Of a stretch of 56,979 bases of DNA, positions 40,476 to 50,633 are shown one piece after another. The DNA is taken from the NCBI GenBank assembly GCA_001603415.1, contig LUYY01000022.1, positions 1 to 56,979 of the forward strand. The letters are read 5' to 3'. A program made the translations under genes and the position numbers. This DNA is from Bacteroidales bacterium Bact_07. Lineage in GTDB: Bacteria; Bacteroidota; Bacteroidia; Bacteroidales; Tenuifilaceae. The notes under the pieces are model-generated. The model searched no databases and was not told the DNA's origin. It saw only the letters and a list, made by a program, of their open reading frames with translations. Each line of letters opens with the position of its first letter. Positions within the stretch are counted from its first letter, which is position 1.

Positions 40476-42230
40476 ATGAGAAAACTCACAATCCAGATTT
40501 TTGCTGTTATTGCATTACTCATTAATGCCAATACCGGCGATGCTTGCACCAATTACCTTGTAACCAAGGGTGCCTCGGTTGACGGCTCAACAATGATAAC
40601 CTATGCCGCCGACTCTCATTACCTGTTTGGCGAGCTTTACTTTAAACCTGCCGCCGTTTACCCAACCGGTACCATGATGAAAATTTACGAATGGGACACC
40701 GGAAAGTTCTTGGGCGAAATCCCCCAGGCGTTGCAAACATATAGTGTTGTTGGCAACATGAATGAATACCAGGTAGCCATTGGCGAAACCACTTACGGTG
40801 GACGCGATGAACTGCAAGATAGTACTGGCTTGATTGATTACGGCTCTCTGATGTATATCGCCCTTCAGCGTTCAAAAAGCGCCCGTGAGGCAATTAAGGT
40901 TATGGCCGAATTGGTTGAAAAGTATGGGTACTATAGTTCAGGGGAATCGTTCTCGGTTGCCGACAAGAACGAGGTTTGGATTTTTGAAATGATTGGTAAA
41001 GGCACCGATATGAAGGTTGACAAGAAAACCAAAAAGGCCTACAATGCCAATCGCGGTGCCGTATGGGTAGCCATTCGCATTCCCGATGGTTATGTATCAG
41101 GCCATGCCAATCATGCACGTATTACCACTTTCCCGCTGGAAAACATGAAAACCTCAATCAGCTCAAAAAATCTCGACAAGATTTTTGAACCCGATGTTGA
41201 GGTTGTTTACGCTCATGATGTTATCAGCTTTGCTCGTCAAAAAGGTTACTTTACCGGCAAGGATGAGGAATTTAGTTTTTCCGATGTATATGCCCCACTC
41301 GATTTTGGTGCAGCCCGTTTCTGTGAGATTAGGGTTTGGTCGTTTTTCAAGGCTGTAAACAAGGATATGTGGAACTACTTTGACTACGCTAAGGGTCACG
41401 ACCTGAAAAATCGTATGCCCTTATACATCAAGCCTGAGCGAAAGCTTTCGGTGAGGGACATGATGAACTTTATGCGCGATCACCTCGAGGGAACTGAACT
41501 CGACATGAGCAAGGATCCCGGTGCAGGCCCTCATGGACTACCCTACCGCTGGCGCCCTCTTACCTGGAAATACGAAGGTAAATCATACTTTAACGAACGT
41601 GCCACCGCTACCCAGCAAACCGGATTCTCGTTTGTTGCGCAAATGCGCAGCTGGTTACCCGATGCCGTTGGTGGAATCTTCTGGTTCAGCGTTGATGATG
41701 CTGCTTCAACCGTTTACTTCCCGGTTTACTGTAGCGTTACTTCAGTGCCCGAAGCCTATGCTGAGGGTAGAGGTGATATGCTTACCTACTGCGACGATTG
41801 CGCATTCTGGGTATTCAACAAGGTATCGAACTTTGCCTATCTGCGCTACGATCTTATGATACAGGACATCAAAAAAGTTCAAAACGAATTGGAAAATCGC
41901 TTCATTTCGCAAACTGAAATTGTTGACCAAACCGCCCTCAAACTTTTAGAAACCAACAAGGATGAGGCCGTAAAATTCCTTACCGATTACACCGTTAACA
42001 CAGGTAACTATGTAGTTGCCCGCTGGGAAAAGCTGTTCCAGTTCCTTTTAATGAAGTTCATGGATGGAAACGTTAAGCAGGAAGACGGCAAAGGTGGGCT
42101 AAAATACAACGAGCACAATTACTGTCCCGCCCCTGTTAATAATCCTCAATATCCCGATTGGTGGAAGAAAAACGTAATTGATGCTACAGGCAATAAACTG
42201 GCAGTTCCAGAGGGTGCTGCAAGTCACTAA
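40476..42230 (+). CDS. C69 family dipeptidase (Ntn-hydrolase)
   Basis: signal peptide then CT nucleophile (DACTNYLVTKGASVDGS), MNEYQVAIGETT. Confidence 0.92.
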   Translation: MRKLTIQIFAVIALLINANTGDACTNYLVTKGASVDGSTMITYAADSHYLFGELYFKPAAVYPTGTMMKIYEWDTGKFLGEIPQALQTYSVVGNMNEYQVAIGETTYGGRDELQDSTGLIDYGSLMYIALQRSKSAREAIKVMAELVEKYGYYSSGESFSVADKNEVWIFEMIGKGTDMKVDKKTKKAYNANRGAVWVAIRIPDGYVSGHANHARITTFPLENMKTSISSKNLDKIFEPDVEVVYAHDVISFARQKGYFTGKDEEFSFSDVYAPLDFGAARFCEIRVWSFFKAVNKDMWNYFDYAKGHDLKNRMPLYIKPERKLSVRDMMNFMRDHLEGTELDMSKDPGAGPHGLPYRWRPLTWKYEGKSYFNERATATQQTGFSFVAQMRSWLPDAVGGIFWFSVDDAASTVYFPVYCSVTSVPEAYAEGRGDMLTYCDDCAFWVFNKVSNFAYLRYDLMIQDIKKVQNELENRFISQTEIVDQTALKLLETNKDEAVKFLTDYTVNTGNYVVARWEKLFQFLLMKFMDGNVKQEDGKGGLKYNEHNYCPAPVNNPQYPDWWKKNVIDATGNKLAVPEGAASH

Positions 42231-42242
42231 TTTTTTCAATAC

Positions 42243-42281
42243 AAAAAAAAGAGCAATCGGTTAACGGTTGCTCTTTTTTTT
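42243..42281 (+). terminator. intrinsic terminator
   Basis: A8-GAGCAATCG-gttaa-CGGTTGCTC-T8. Confidence 0.9.
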
Positions 42282-42388
42282 ATTCTACGATCAAATTCTG
42301 ATGTTAACACAATCTTAATTTTTATAGCATGTCCTTCAATTTATTGAAAGTCATGCAGCGGGTTTATCAATTTAATCGTATTTTTAGA

Positions 42389-43126
42389 ATGTCAACCAAA
42401 ACATCAACTCAAATGGATAAAATGGGAAATCACCCTAAAACCGATTACTCAAGATTGGTAATGGGATTATTGCTGATTCTATTAGCTGGCTTATTGCTTA
42501 TTGACAACTTCGATTTGTATCCGGTGGACTGGGGCAAATACATTTTTACCTGGCAAACACTACTGATTGTTATAGGCTTAATTCTATTTCCAAATCGTGG
42601 AAATAGAACAACGGGAACTGTGCTAATTGCCATTGGTGCATTTTTCCTGGCAGCAAAGTTTTACGAGTTGCCCGTTTCGGTAAGTAAACTTTTCTGGCCT
42701 GCAGTAATTCTGTTTATTGGCATCTCGTTGCTATTTGGGAGTCGAAAGCAGAATTGGCACCCCTACAAAACCGGCGAAGTAAATGATGATCTTATTGATG
42801 ATGTATCCATTTTTGGCGGATCGGACCAAAAGTTTACCTCACAGCAATTCAAGGGTGGTAAAATCACGAATATTTTCGGTGGTTCAACCATCGATTTAAG
42901 CAGTGCAAGGCTTGAACCAGGCATGAACGTTGTTGATTTGCTTTGCATTTTTGGGGGTTCAAAGCTTATTATCCCTTCGGAATGGCGAGTAAAAGTTGAG
43001 GTAACCTCAATTTTTGGAGGTGTTTCCGATAAACGGAAACTACCCCAAACTCTTCCCGACAATGCCCCTGAATTAGTGCTAAAAGGGTTAGTGCTCTTTG
43101 GAGGTGTCGAAATCAAAAGCTTTTAA
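42389..43126 (+). CDS. LiaF-like cell-envelope stress membrane protein (4 TM plus DUF2154-type C-terminus)
   Basis: four TM helices then repeated IFGG motifs; start uncertain (42389 or 42413). Confidence 0.85.
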   Translation: MSTKTSTQMDKMGNHPKTDYSRLVMGLLLILLAGLLLIDNFDLYPVDWGKYIFTWQTLLIVIGLILFPNRGNRTTGTVLIAIGAFFLAAKFYELPVSVSKLFWPAVILFIGISLLFGSRKQNWHPYKTGEVNDDLIDDVSIFGGSDQKFTSQQFKGGKITNIFGGSTIDLSSARLEPGMNVVDLLCIFGGSKLIIPSEWRVKVEVTSIFGGVSDKRKLPQTLPDNAPELVLKGLVLFGGVEIKSF

Positions 43127-43149
43127 GGCTAAAGATTGATTATAGCGAG

Positions 43150-43175
43150 AGGCTGACGATGATGTCAGCCTTTTT
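43150..43175 (+). terminator. intrinsic terminator
   Basis: AGGCTGAC-gatgat-GTCAGCCT-TTTT. Confidence 0.8.
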
Positions 43176-43285
43176 CCATTATTCAAAAAAAGAAGCTTTC
43201 AAACACATTGTTTACGCTTGCTACTTTTGTATAATTCCGCTACGTTTGTGTTAAATGCAAAATGTTAAACCATAAACGTATTAAA

Positions 43286-45346
43286 ATGATTACCAACGAG
43301 TTGATAAACCCCAAGGGAATAGTGGTTGTTGGTGGTTCCGACGACGTTCAGAAACCTGGCGGTAAAGTCCTAAAAAATTTAATCGACAATCATTTTAAAG
43401 GAAACCTCTACGTGGTAAATCCAAAAGCCGATGAGGTTCAGGGTGTAAAATCGTTTCGCGATGTTGCCGATTTACCCCAAGTTGATCTGGCCATATTAGC
43501 CATAGCGGCTAAGTTTTGCCCACAAACGGTGGAGGTTTTGGCTACACAAAAGGGAACCAAGGCTTTCATTATCCTCTCAGCCGGATTTCATGAGGAGAGT
43601 GAGGAAGGAGCAAAGCTTGAGCAACAAATTGTTGATACCATAAACCGCACGGGCGGTTGCCTTATAGGCCCCAACTGTATTGGCGTAATGAACACCAATT
43701 ATGCCGGTGTTTTTACAACGCCTATTCCAAAATTCGACCCCAAGGGTGTTGATTTTATTTCGGGTTCTGGAGCCACTGCGGTATTTATTATGGAATCAAG
43801 TATTCCGCGAGGTCTAACATTCAACAGCGTTTACTCTGTGGGCAATAGCGCCCAAATTGGCGTTGAAGAGGTGCTTGAATACCTAGATAATACTTTTGAC
43901 CCACAAAAAAGTTCACGGGTAAAACTTCTTTACGTTGAAAGTATTAACAAGCCTCAAAAACTTCTTAAGCATGCCCAATCGCTCATAAGAAAGGGTTGTA
44001 GGATTGCTGCAATAAAAGCCGGTAGTTCATCGGCAGGGAGCCGTGCAGCATCGAGCCATACCGGGGCACTCGCCAGCAGCGATGTGGCGGTTGATGCGCT
44101 ATTTCGCAAAGCGGGAATTGTTCGCTGCTATGGCCGCGATGAACTGGCCACAGTGGCTTCAATCTTCATGCATCCTGAACTGAAGGGAAAGAATATTGCC
44201 GTTATTACCCATGCTGGCGGGCCAGCCGTTATGCTTACCGATTCACTATCGAACAATGGACTTGAGGTTCCACCAATTGAAGGGCCCAAGGCAAAAGAAC
44301 TACTTACCAAGTTATTCCCAGGCTCATCGGTGGCTAACCCTATCGACTTTCTGGCTACCGGCACAGCTGAGCAGTTAGGCTTTATTATTGATGCCTGCGA
44401 AAAGGATTTCGATAATATCGATGCCATGATAGTTATTTTCGGTAGTCCCGGACTATTCCCCGTTTACGACGTTTACGACCTGCTTGATGAAAAGATGAAG
44501 GTTTGCCGCAAACCCATATTCCCTGTTCTCCCCTCGGTTATGAACGTAAAGAATGAGATTGAACACTTTATTGCTAAAGGACGAATTTTCTTCCCCGATG
44601 AGGTGTCGCTGGGTAATGCACTGGCAAAAATATACCACACGCCAAAACCTGCACCTGAAAAACTTACTTTACCTAAGGTTGATGAAAAAGCCATTCGCGA
44701 GGTTATTGATAAAAGCAATAATAGTTACCTAACACCCGATGCCGTTCAGCGGCTGCTCGATGCTGCCGGAATACCCCGTGCAGGCGAAGCAGTTGTTACC
44801 TCTGCCAACGATGCTGCTAAAGCAGCCGAGGAATTAGGTTTCCCCGTGGTTATGAAGGTAGTTGGCCCTGTGCACAAGTCGGACGTTGGCGGAGTACTGT
44901 TAAACGTGAAAGATGCCGAAACGGTTCGAAAAGAGTTTGACCGAATGATTAAGATTAAGGATACTACGGCCATCCTCATTCAGCCAATGCTTAAGGGAGT
45001 TGAACTTTTTGTTGGTGCAAAACGCGAAGATAAGTTTGGACACATGGTGCTTTGCGGACTCGGCGGTATTTTCATCGAGGTGCTTAAAGATGTTAAGGCT
45101 GCCCTTGCTCCAATTGATACCAACGAGGCGCTCAGCATGATTCAAGGGCTTAAGGGTTACGGCATAATGAAGGGCGCAAGAGGACAAGAGCCTGTAAATG
45201 AACCAATATTTGCCGAAATAGTTAGCCGTATATCGGCATTAGTTACTGTTGCACCCGAGATTTTTGAGATGGACCTTAATCCCTTGCTAGGCTCAAAGGA
45301 TAAAGTGGTAACCGTTGATGCACGCATTAGGATTGAAAAAGAATAA
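43286..45346 (+). CDS. acetate/acyl-CoA ligase (ADP-forming), fused alpha-beta subunits
   Basis: CoA-binding domain, IGPNCIG, ASSHTGALA phospho-His, NPIDFLAT, ATP-grasp HKSDVGGV, DLNP. Confidence 0.93.
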   Translation: MITNELINPKGIVVVGGSDDVQKPGGKVLKNLIDNHFKGNLYVVNPKADEVQGVKSFRDVADLPQVDLAILAIAAKFCPQTVEVLATQKGTKAFIILSAGFHEESEEGAKLEQQIVDTINRTGGCLIGPNCIGVMNTNYAGVFTTPIPKFDPKGVDFISGSGATAVFIMESSIPRGLTFNSVYSVGNSAQIGVEEVLEYLDNTFDPQKSSRVKLLYVESINKPQKLLKHAQSLIRKGCRIAAIKAGSSSAGSRAASSHTGALASSDVAVDALFRKAGIVRCYGRDELATVASIFMHPELKGKNIAVITHAGGPAVMLTDSLSNNGLEVPPIEGPKAKELLTKLFPGSSVANPIDFLATGTAEQLGFIIDACEKDFDNIDAMIVIFGSPGLFPVYDVYDLLDEKMKVCRKPIFPVLPSVMNVKNEIEHFIAKGRIFFPDEVSLGNALAKIYHTPKPAPEKLTLPKVDEKAIREVIDKSNNSYLTPDAVQRLLDAAGIPRAGEAVVTSANDAAKAAEELGFPVVMKVVGPVHKSDVGGVLLNVKDAETVRKEFDRMIKIKDTTAILIQPMLKGVELFVGAKREDKFGHMVLCGLGGIFIEVLKDVKAALAPIDTNEALSMIQGLKGYGIMKGARGQEPVNEPIFAEIVSRISALVTVAPEIFEMDLNPLLGSKDKVVTVDARIRIEKE

Positions 45347-45349
45347 ACC

Positions 45350-45499
45350 ATGAACCTCAAAGAAAAATGGAAAAGCCTTTCGGCCAATGAGAAAATGATG
45401 ATTGGACTTGCCATTATCCTTATCATACTCATTTCTACACGCTATGAGTATATATGGGAACAGGTAAAGGCTGGTTTTGGACGATATTTTAACCACTAA
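45350..45499 (+). CDS. 49-aa single-TM small protein (absent from the ORF track)
   Basis: MNLKEKWKSLSANEKMMIGLAIILIILISTRYEYIWEQVKAGFGRYFNH; starts 3 nt after the ligase stop and ends 11 nt before the next start. Confidence 0.75.
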   Translation: MNLKEKWKSLSANEKMMIGLAIILIILISTRYEYIWEQVKAGFGRYFNH

Positions 45500-45510
45500 A
45501 ACAGAACAAG

Positions 45511-46206
45511 GTGAAACGAATAGATTTATACGTATTAGCAGGAACCGTATTGTTCCTGCTTCCCTTTTTTGTGTCGGAAACGGTTTACAACTTTTATGTT
45601 GATTTTAACGCTAATCATGGAATGGTAACCAGCTTCATAAAGTTTGCCCTACTGGCAACCTTTGGCGAAGCAATCGGGTTAAGGATTAGAACTGGCAACT
45701 ACAATCAACCCGGTTTTGGGCTGTTGCCAAGGGCAGTTGTATGGGGCTTCCTGGGACTTACCATAAAGTTAGCCTTTGTGCTTTTTGCAACGGGTGTGCC
45801 AGCATTCCTAACCTACATGGGTATGGAAAATGCCTCGCAAGCCATTAAGAGCGATTTTACGGTAGCCAAAGTTTTGGTTGCTTTCAGCATCAGCCTATTT
45901 ATGAATATTATATACGCCCCGGTAATGATGACACTTCATAAGGTTACCGATACGCACATTATGAACAACGGCGGAACCCTTACATGCCTGATAAAGCCCA
46001 TACATTTTGGCGAAATTCTTGCTTCAATAAACTGGAAGGTTCAATGGAGTTTTGTTTTTGCTAAAACAATACCTTACTTCTGGATACCGGCTCATACCAT
46101 CACATTCCTTTTACCTGCCGATTTTCAGGTTCTATTTGCAGCCGTTTTGAGCGTAGCATTAGGAATTTTCCTTGCAGTGGCAAGCCTTAAAGGCAGTGGC
46201 AAATAA
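45511..46206 (+). CDS. multi-TM protein, Mpv17/PMP22-like
   Basis: hydrophobic; C-terminal FWIPAHTITFLLPADFQVLFAAVLSV resembles the Mpv17/PMP22 signature. Confidence 0.75.
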   Translation: MKRIDLYVLAGTVLFLLPFFVSETVYNFYVDFNANHGMVTSFIKFALLATFGEAIGLRIRTGNYNQPGFGLLPRAVVWGFLGLTIKLAFVLFATGVPAFLTYMGMENASQAIKSDFTVAKVLVAFSISLFMNIIYAPVMMTLHKVTDTHIMNNGGTLTCLIKPIHFGEILASINWKVQWSFVFAKTIPYFWIPAHTITFLLPADFQVLFAAVLSVALGIFLAVASLKGSGK

Positions 46207-46256
46207 ATATCTGATAAAAAAATGTTATTTTTACATCAACCGAAATACTTTGAGAT

Positions 46257-46775
46257 ATGAAAAAACGAATTGGAATATTTTACGGACCAACAGGAGGTTC
46301 AACCGAGAAGGTGGCTCAGCTAATAGCCAAAGAACTTGGAGCGATAGCTGACTTACATCCCATAAAAGAAGCAACGCCTTCAATGGTAAATAATTACGAT
46401 ATTATCATTTTTGGATGCTCAACCATCGGCAGTGAGACATGGAATGGGGAGTCCTCAGTTTCAGATTGGGATAATTTCAGGCCTGAACTGAAAAAAATAC
46501 AGGTTCAAGGTAAACTCTTTGCCTTTTTTGGAACGGGCAATTCGGTTACCTATCCTCGAAATTTTGTGGATGCAATGGGCGTGCTTGCCAAAGATTTAAT
46601 TGCTCAGGGAGCAAAAGTGATAGGCCAATGGCCTACCGATGGTTATAACTTTACTGATTCCGAAGCGTTGATTGATGGCAAGTTTATCGGCCTACCAGTA
46701 GATGAAGATTACGAAGCCGACAAGACCAATATTCGAGTAAAAGAATGGGTCGAATTGGTTAAAAAGTCTATCTAA
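46257..46775 (+). CDS. fldA: long-chain flavodoxin
   Basis: IGIFYGPTGGSTE, FGTGN..YPRNFVDAMG, GQWPTDGYNF, GLPVDED. Confidence 0.92.
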   Translation: MKKRIGIFYGPTGGSTEKVAQLIAKELGAIADLHPIKEATPSMVNNYDIIIFGCSTIGSETWNGESSVSDWDNFRPELKKIQVQGKLFAFFGTGNSVTYPRNFVDAMGVLAKDLIAQGAKVIGQWPTDGYNFTDSEALIDGKFIGLPVDEDYEADKTNIRVKEWVELVKKSI

Positions 46776-46791
46776 TTCCCGATAAAAAAGT

Positions 46792-46815
46792 AAGAGCCAC
46801 AGTGTGGCTCTTTTC
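46792..46815. terminator. terminator hairpin between convergent genes
   Basis: AAGAGCCAC-agt-GTGGCTCTT with T/A runs. Confidence 0.8.
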
Positions 46816-46831
46816 TTTTGAATATCAACCT

Positions 46832-47620
46832 TTATGGTAATGAATTCTTAAAATTCTGGTATCGGTCGGCATAGGTATTACCAGTTTTGCTACCAAGGCT
46901 CTTCCATACATCATCAATATTCTTGAGTCGGTTCTCATCCGAAGGATGGGTGCTCAGGAATTCAGGAATTTTTTGGGTGGAGCCCAACATCTTTTCAAAA
47001 AAGCCAGCCAGTTCGTGGGGATGGTAATCGGTATCGCAAAGGTAGGTTACAGCGTATTTGTCGGCCTCATACTCGTTATCGCGGCTATACTTGAGCATGG
47101 TTCCGCCAAGGGCTAACTGCGATAGTATCTGCTCAAGCTGCGAAGGATTATCGCCCATAATAATGGATAGCAACATGCTAAATCCATACTGGCGAGTTAG
47201 CATTTGTGTGCTATGACGCCTGTCGGCATGGGCTATTTCGTGAGCCATAACACCGGCCAGCTGAGCCTCGTTATCTAAAAACTTTATCAGTCCGGTGTAA
47301 AAATACAGGTAACCACCGGGCGCAGCAAAAGCATTTATCACATCATCATTATGAATAATTTTCACTTGCCAGGGGAACGTTTTTGAATACCTTAAATCAT
47401 CCGATTTAAGAATGGCACCCATTACCCTTTCGATATGAGTATAAGCCTCGGCATACTGTGCCCTATCAAGTATTGGGTATTCATTAGGATTTGCCAAAAT
47501 TGTCGAATCGAGCTGGGCACCAAACTGGATATCCTGCTCAAGGGTAAAAAAATTGATGCCATCGTCGGAACAGCTGCTAAGCATCAGCAAACTGGTTAAA
47601 ACCAGAAATATTCGTTTCAT
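46832..47620 (-). CDS. M48 family metallopeptidase lipoprotein
   Basis: LSSC lipobox, INAFAAPGG, AHEIAH, YSRDNEYEAD, STHP. Confidence 0.93.
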   Translation of the reverse strand: MKRIFLVLTSLLMLSSCSDDGINFFTLEQDIQFGAQLDSTILANPNEYPILDRAQYAEAYTHIERVMGAILKSDDLRYSKTFPWQVKIIHNDDVINAFAAPGGYLYFYTGLIKFLDNEAQLAGVMAHEIAHADRRHSTQMLTRQYGFSMLLSIIMGDNPSQLEQILSQLALGGTMLKYSRDNEYEADKYAVTYLCDTDYHPHELAGFFEKMLGSTQKIPEFLSTHPSDENRLKNIDDVWKSLGSKTGNTYADRYQNFKNSLP

Positions 47621-47890
47621 AATTCGATTTTTTAATTTAACGTAACCAACAAATTATCAGCATGATAAAAAAACATCTAACATCAACCTTAATTTGTCGA
47701 GGCAAATTTAATATATTAGCAAACAATATCAATTAGCTAAAATAAACCATTTGCCATTATGAACAAGGCATTACCTTTATAAGGTAAGCCATAGTTAAAC
47801 TTGTATTTGAATCAGTAGATACAGACATTGTTCATTTTGACAAATGCTATTAATTAAACAACTTTTAGTGGTAACCTAAAATTACGGCAA

Positions 47891-48634
47891 TTGAAATCGG
47901 AATTGGTTAATAGTTCTCGATTAAGCCTAAAAAAGATACTCTTGAGAATTTTTCTTTTCTCAGTAGTTCTTTTTTTTACAATCAGTATAGGCATTTCTTT
48001 ACTATTTACCTGGATAAATCCACACTATACGTGGTTAATGGTGATAAAAAGGCATACATCGGAAGCCAATGGAGGGGCGAGCCGTTTCCGGCAACAATGG
48101 GTAAGCATCGACGAAATTTCGCCCGAGATGGTGCTTGCCGTTATTGCCGCTGAGGATAATAAATTCATGGAACATAACGGGTTTGATTGGGAATCGATAA
48201 AAAAAGCCAGAAAATATAATCAAAGGGGTAAGAAGTTGCGTGGGGCAAGCACAATATCGCAGCAAACTGCAAAAAATGTATTTCTGTGGCCTAAACGGTC
48301 GTGGGTTCGTAAAGGACTGGAAGCTTACTTCACCCTGCTTATTGAGACTTTCTGGACTAAGGAACGAATCATGGAGGTTTACCTAAACATAGCCGAAATG
48401 GGTAAAGGGATTTACGGCGCAGAGGCTGCGGCAAGAGAATACTATGGGAAACCCGCATCGCTTCTCACTCGCCACGAGGCAGCCATGATTGCCACTACCC
48501 TTCCTGCACCATCAAAACGTAACCCTGCAAGGCCAAGCAGCTACATGGTAAGCTACCAGCGAAAAATCCTGTGGAATATGTATAACATTGGAAAAATTGA
48601 CCTAAACGAAACCGAACAGAAACCAACCCGATAA
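47891..48634 (+). CDS. mtgA: monofunctional peptidoglycan transglycosylase
   Basis: AAEDNKF, RGASTISQQTAKN, RKGLEA, YLNIAE; start uncertain. Confidence 0.93.
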   Translation: MKSELVNSSRLSLKKILLRIFLFSVVLFFTISIGISLLFTWINPHYTWLMVIKRHTSEANGGASRFRQQWVSIDEISPEMVLAVIAAEDNKFMEHNGFDWESIKKARKYNQRGKKLRGASTISQQTAKNVFLWPKRSWVRKGLEAYFTLLIETFWTKERIMEVYLNIAEMGKGIYGAEAAAREYYGKPASLLTRHEAAMIATTLPAPSKRNPARPSSYMVSYQRKILWNMYNIGKIDLNETEQKPTR

Positions 48635-48644
48635 AATATTTTTC

Positions 48645-50585
48645 ATGTTCAAGTTCATAAGATACCATGTGTTGCCAGCTGCAATTGTTTTTACTTTTTT
48701 ATTTATCCATCCCGCATATGCTCAGTTCAACAAGGCATACTTTTTTTACAAGGGCGAGGAGTTAATTTCAAATGGAAACTATGCCGAGGCCATACCAATC
48801 CTAAACACCCTTTTAAATGCAGATTCAACTATTCACGAGGCTTGGTTCTTACGAGGCGTTGCACGTTACTATCAAAACGATTTAGTAGGATCACAAAAGG
48901 ATTTTGGTAAATGTTTGAGCATTAACCCATTGTTCTCGCAGGCTTACCAGTATACTGCCATGGTTTTTGAGCAAATGGGCAAGCACCCCGAAGCTATAGA
49001 GAGCATAAAGAAAGCCATAGAGCTACGCCCCAATTCAGCCCAATACCTTTTCACCCACGGTGTGATACTTTTTCAGCAGGAAAAATATTCCGATGCCTTA
49101 GTGGCCTTTAACCATGTAATTAAGGTTGATGAACGCATACCCGATGCATGGCTGAACCGTGGAACAACCCGATTGATGCTATCCGACAGCATCGGTGCTT
49201 TAAACGATTACACTACCGCCATAAATCTTAACCCATTCAGTGCAATGCCTTACGTTCGTAGGGGTGCCCTTTACGCCCAACAAAAAAACTATTCGATAGC
49301 CATTCAGGATTTAAATCAAGCCATTGCAATTGATAGCATGCATGCTCAGGCTTACTTTACCAGAGCACTGGTTTACTACTACCAAAAAGAACTGAACCAA
49401 GCGCTTACTGATTTAAACAAGGTGTTGCAAATTGAAAGCCGCAATACGCTAGCCCTGTTTAACCGGGCAATCATAAACTATGAGATTGGCAACGCCGAAG
49501 CAGCCATCGACGATTTGACCCGATTATCATCAATTATTCCTACAAATGTGCTTGTTCATTACTACCTGGCATCAATCCGTTTTGAACGGGGCTACCTGCC
49601 TACTGCCCTTGAAAATATCAACAAAGCCATTGAGATTTTTCCACAGTTTGCCAACGCTTACCTACTTAGAGCGGAGATTAAGACCAAAAAGGGTGATTTA
49701 AAGGGGGCTGAAACCGACTTTGCCCAAGGCAATAGGTTGGCCCAGGAATACCGAAGCAAGGCCGGCAACGATATAAATTCGATTATGGATTCTACCGGTA
49801 AGCTAAAACGCTTACTCTCGCTCGATGAGGAGCTCGATTTAACTTCATCCATTAGCATGGAACAGCTCAGAAGCCGAATACTTACAATTATTTACCCAAT
49901 AATCACCCTAAAAATTGATGCTGCGCAAAATGTAAAACCCCGGAACTGGCAAAGTTCAAACCTCAGGCAAATGCTAGCCTCAGCAGGCTGCAATGGCTAC
50001 ACTCTTTACTTTGACTACGACAGCATTGACCAGCAACCCAAACCCGAAACCATTAATGCCGATTCCCTGTCAGGGGTTTGCATAGCCTTGCTGAATCTCC
50101 AACGGAACCAATATACCTTGGCTATGGATAAACTAACCGAAATGGTTAATTCCGATAGCACTAATACCCTGATTAGGTTTGCCGAGGTTTTGGCACGAAT
50201 CAGAATGACCCAGTTTGTTGAAAATGTTAGGAACAAAACCATGCAAAACGAAAGCAAAAACCGCACTCACGAACAAAATGTTAACGAGTCATTTATCATA
50301 GCAGCCAACGACCTGAAAAAAATAGCAACAGAGAACAACTTTGAAGGTATAGTAAGCTACAACGTTGGCGTCATGTGCATGCAAACCGGAAGTAATGACC
50401 AAGCCACTGAATGGTTTACCAGCACCATCAATCAAAATGGACTTTTGCATGGGGCTTGGTATAATCGCGGACTACTCTACTTGATAAATAATGAAACATC
50501 AAAGGGTTGCGCCGACCTCAGGAAAGCCGTTGATCTTGGCAATAATCAGGCCTCGGAATTGTTATCAAGGTTCTGTAAAAAGTAA
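48645..50585 (+). CDS. exported tetratricopeptide-repeat protein
   Basis: signal peptide, more than 10 TPR motifs. Confidence 0.9.
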   Translation: MFKFIRYHVLPAAIVFTFLFIHPAYAQFNKAYFFYKGEELISNGNYAEAIPILNTLLNADSTIHEAWFLRGVARYYQNDLVGSQKDFGKCLSINPLFSQAYQYTAMVFEQMGKHPEAIESIKKAIELRPNSAQYLFTHGVILFQQEKYSDALVAFNHVIKVDERIPDAWLNRGTTRLMLSDSIGALNDYTTAINLNPFSAMPYVRRGALYAQQKNYSIAIQDLNQAIAIDSMHAQAYFTRALVYYYQKELNQALTDLNKVLQIESRNTLALFNRAIINYEIGNAEAAIDDLTRLSSIIPTNVLVHYYLASIRFERGYLPTALENINKAIEIFPQFANAYLLRAEIKTKKGDLKGAETDFAQGNRLAQEYRSKAGNDINSIMDSTGKLKRLLSLDEELDLTSSISMEQLRSRILTIIYPIITLKIDAAQNVKPRNWQSSNLRQMLASAGCNGYTLYFDYDSIDQQPKPETINADSLSGVCIALLNLQRNQYTLAMDKLTEMVNSDSTNTLIRFAEVLARIRMTQFVENVRNKTMQNESKNRTHEQNVNESFIIAANDLKKIATENNFEGIVSYNVGVMCMQTGSNDQATEWFTSTINQNGLLHGAWYNRGLLYLINNETSKGCADLRKAVDLGNNQASELLSRFCKK

Positions 50586-50587
50586 AA

Positions 50588-50608
50588 CCCTGCATAATGA
50601 ATGCAGGG
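50588..50608. terminator. hairpin terminator between convergent genes
   Basis: CCCTGCAT-aatga-ATGCAGGG. Confidence 0.7.
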
Positions 50609-50633
50609 CTTACAAAAAATTCGAAACCTTTTT

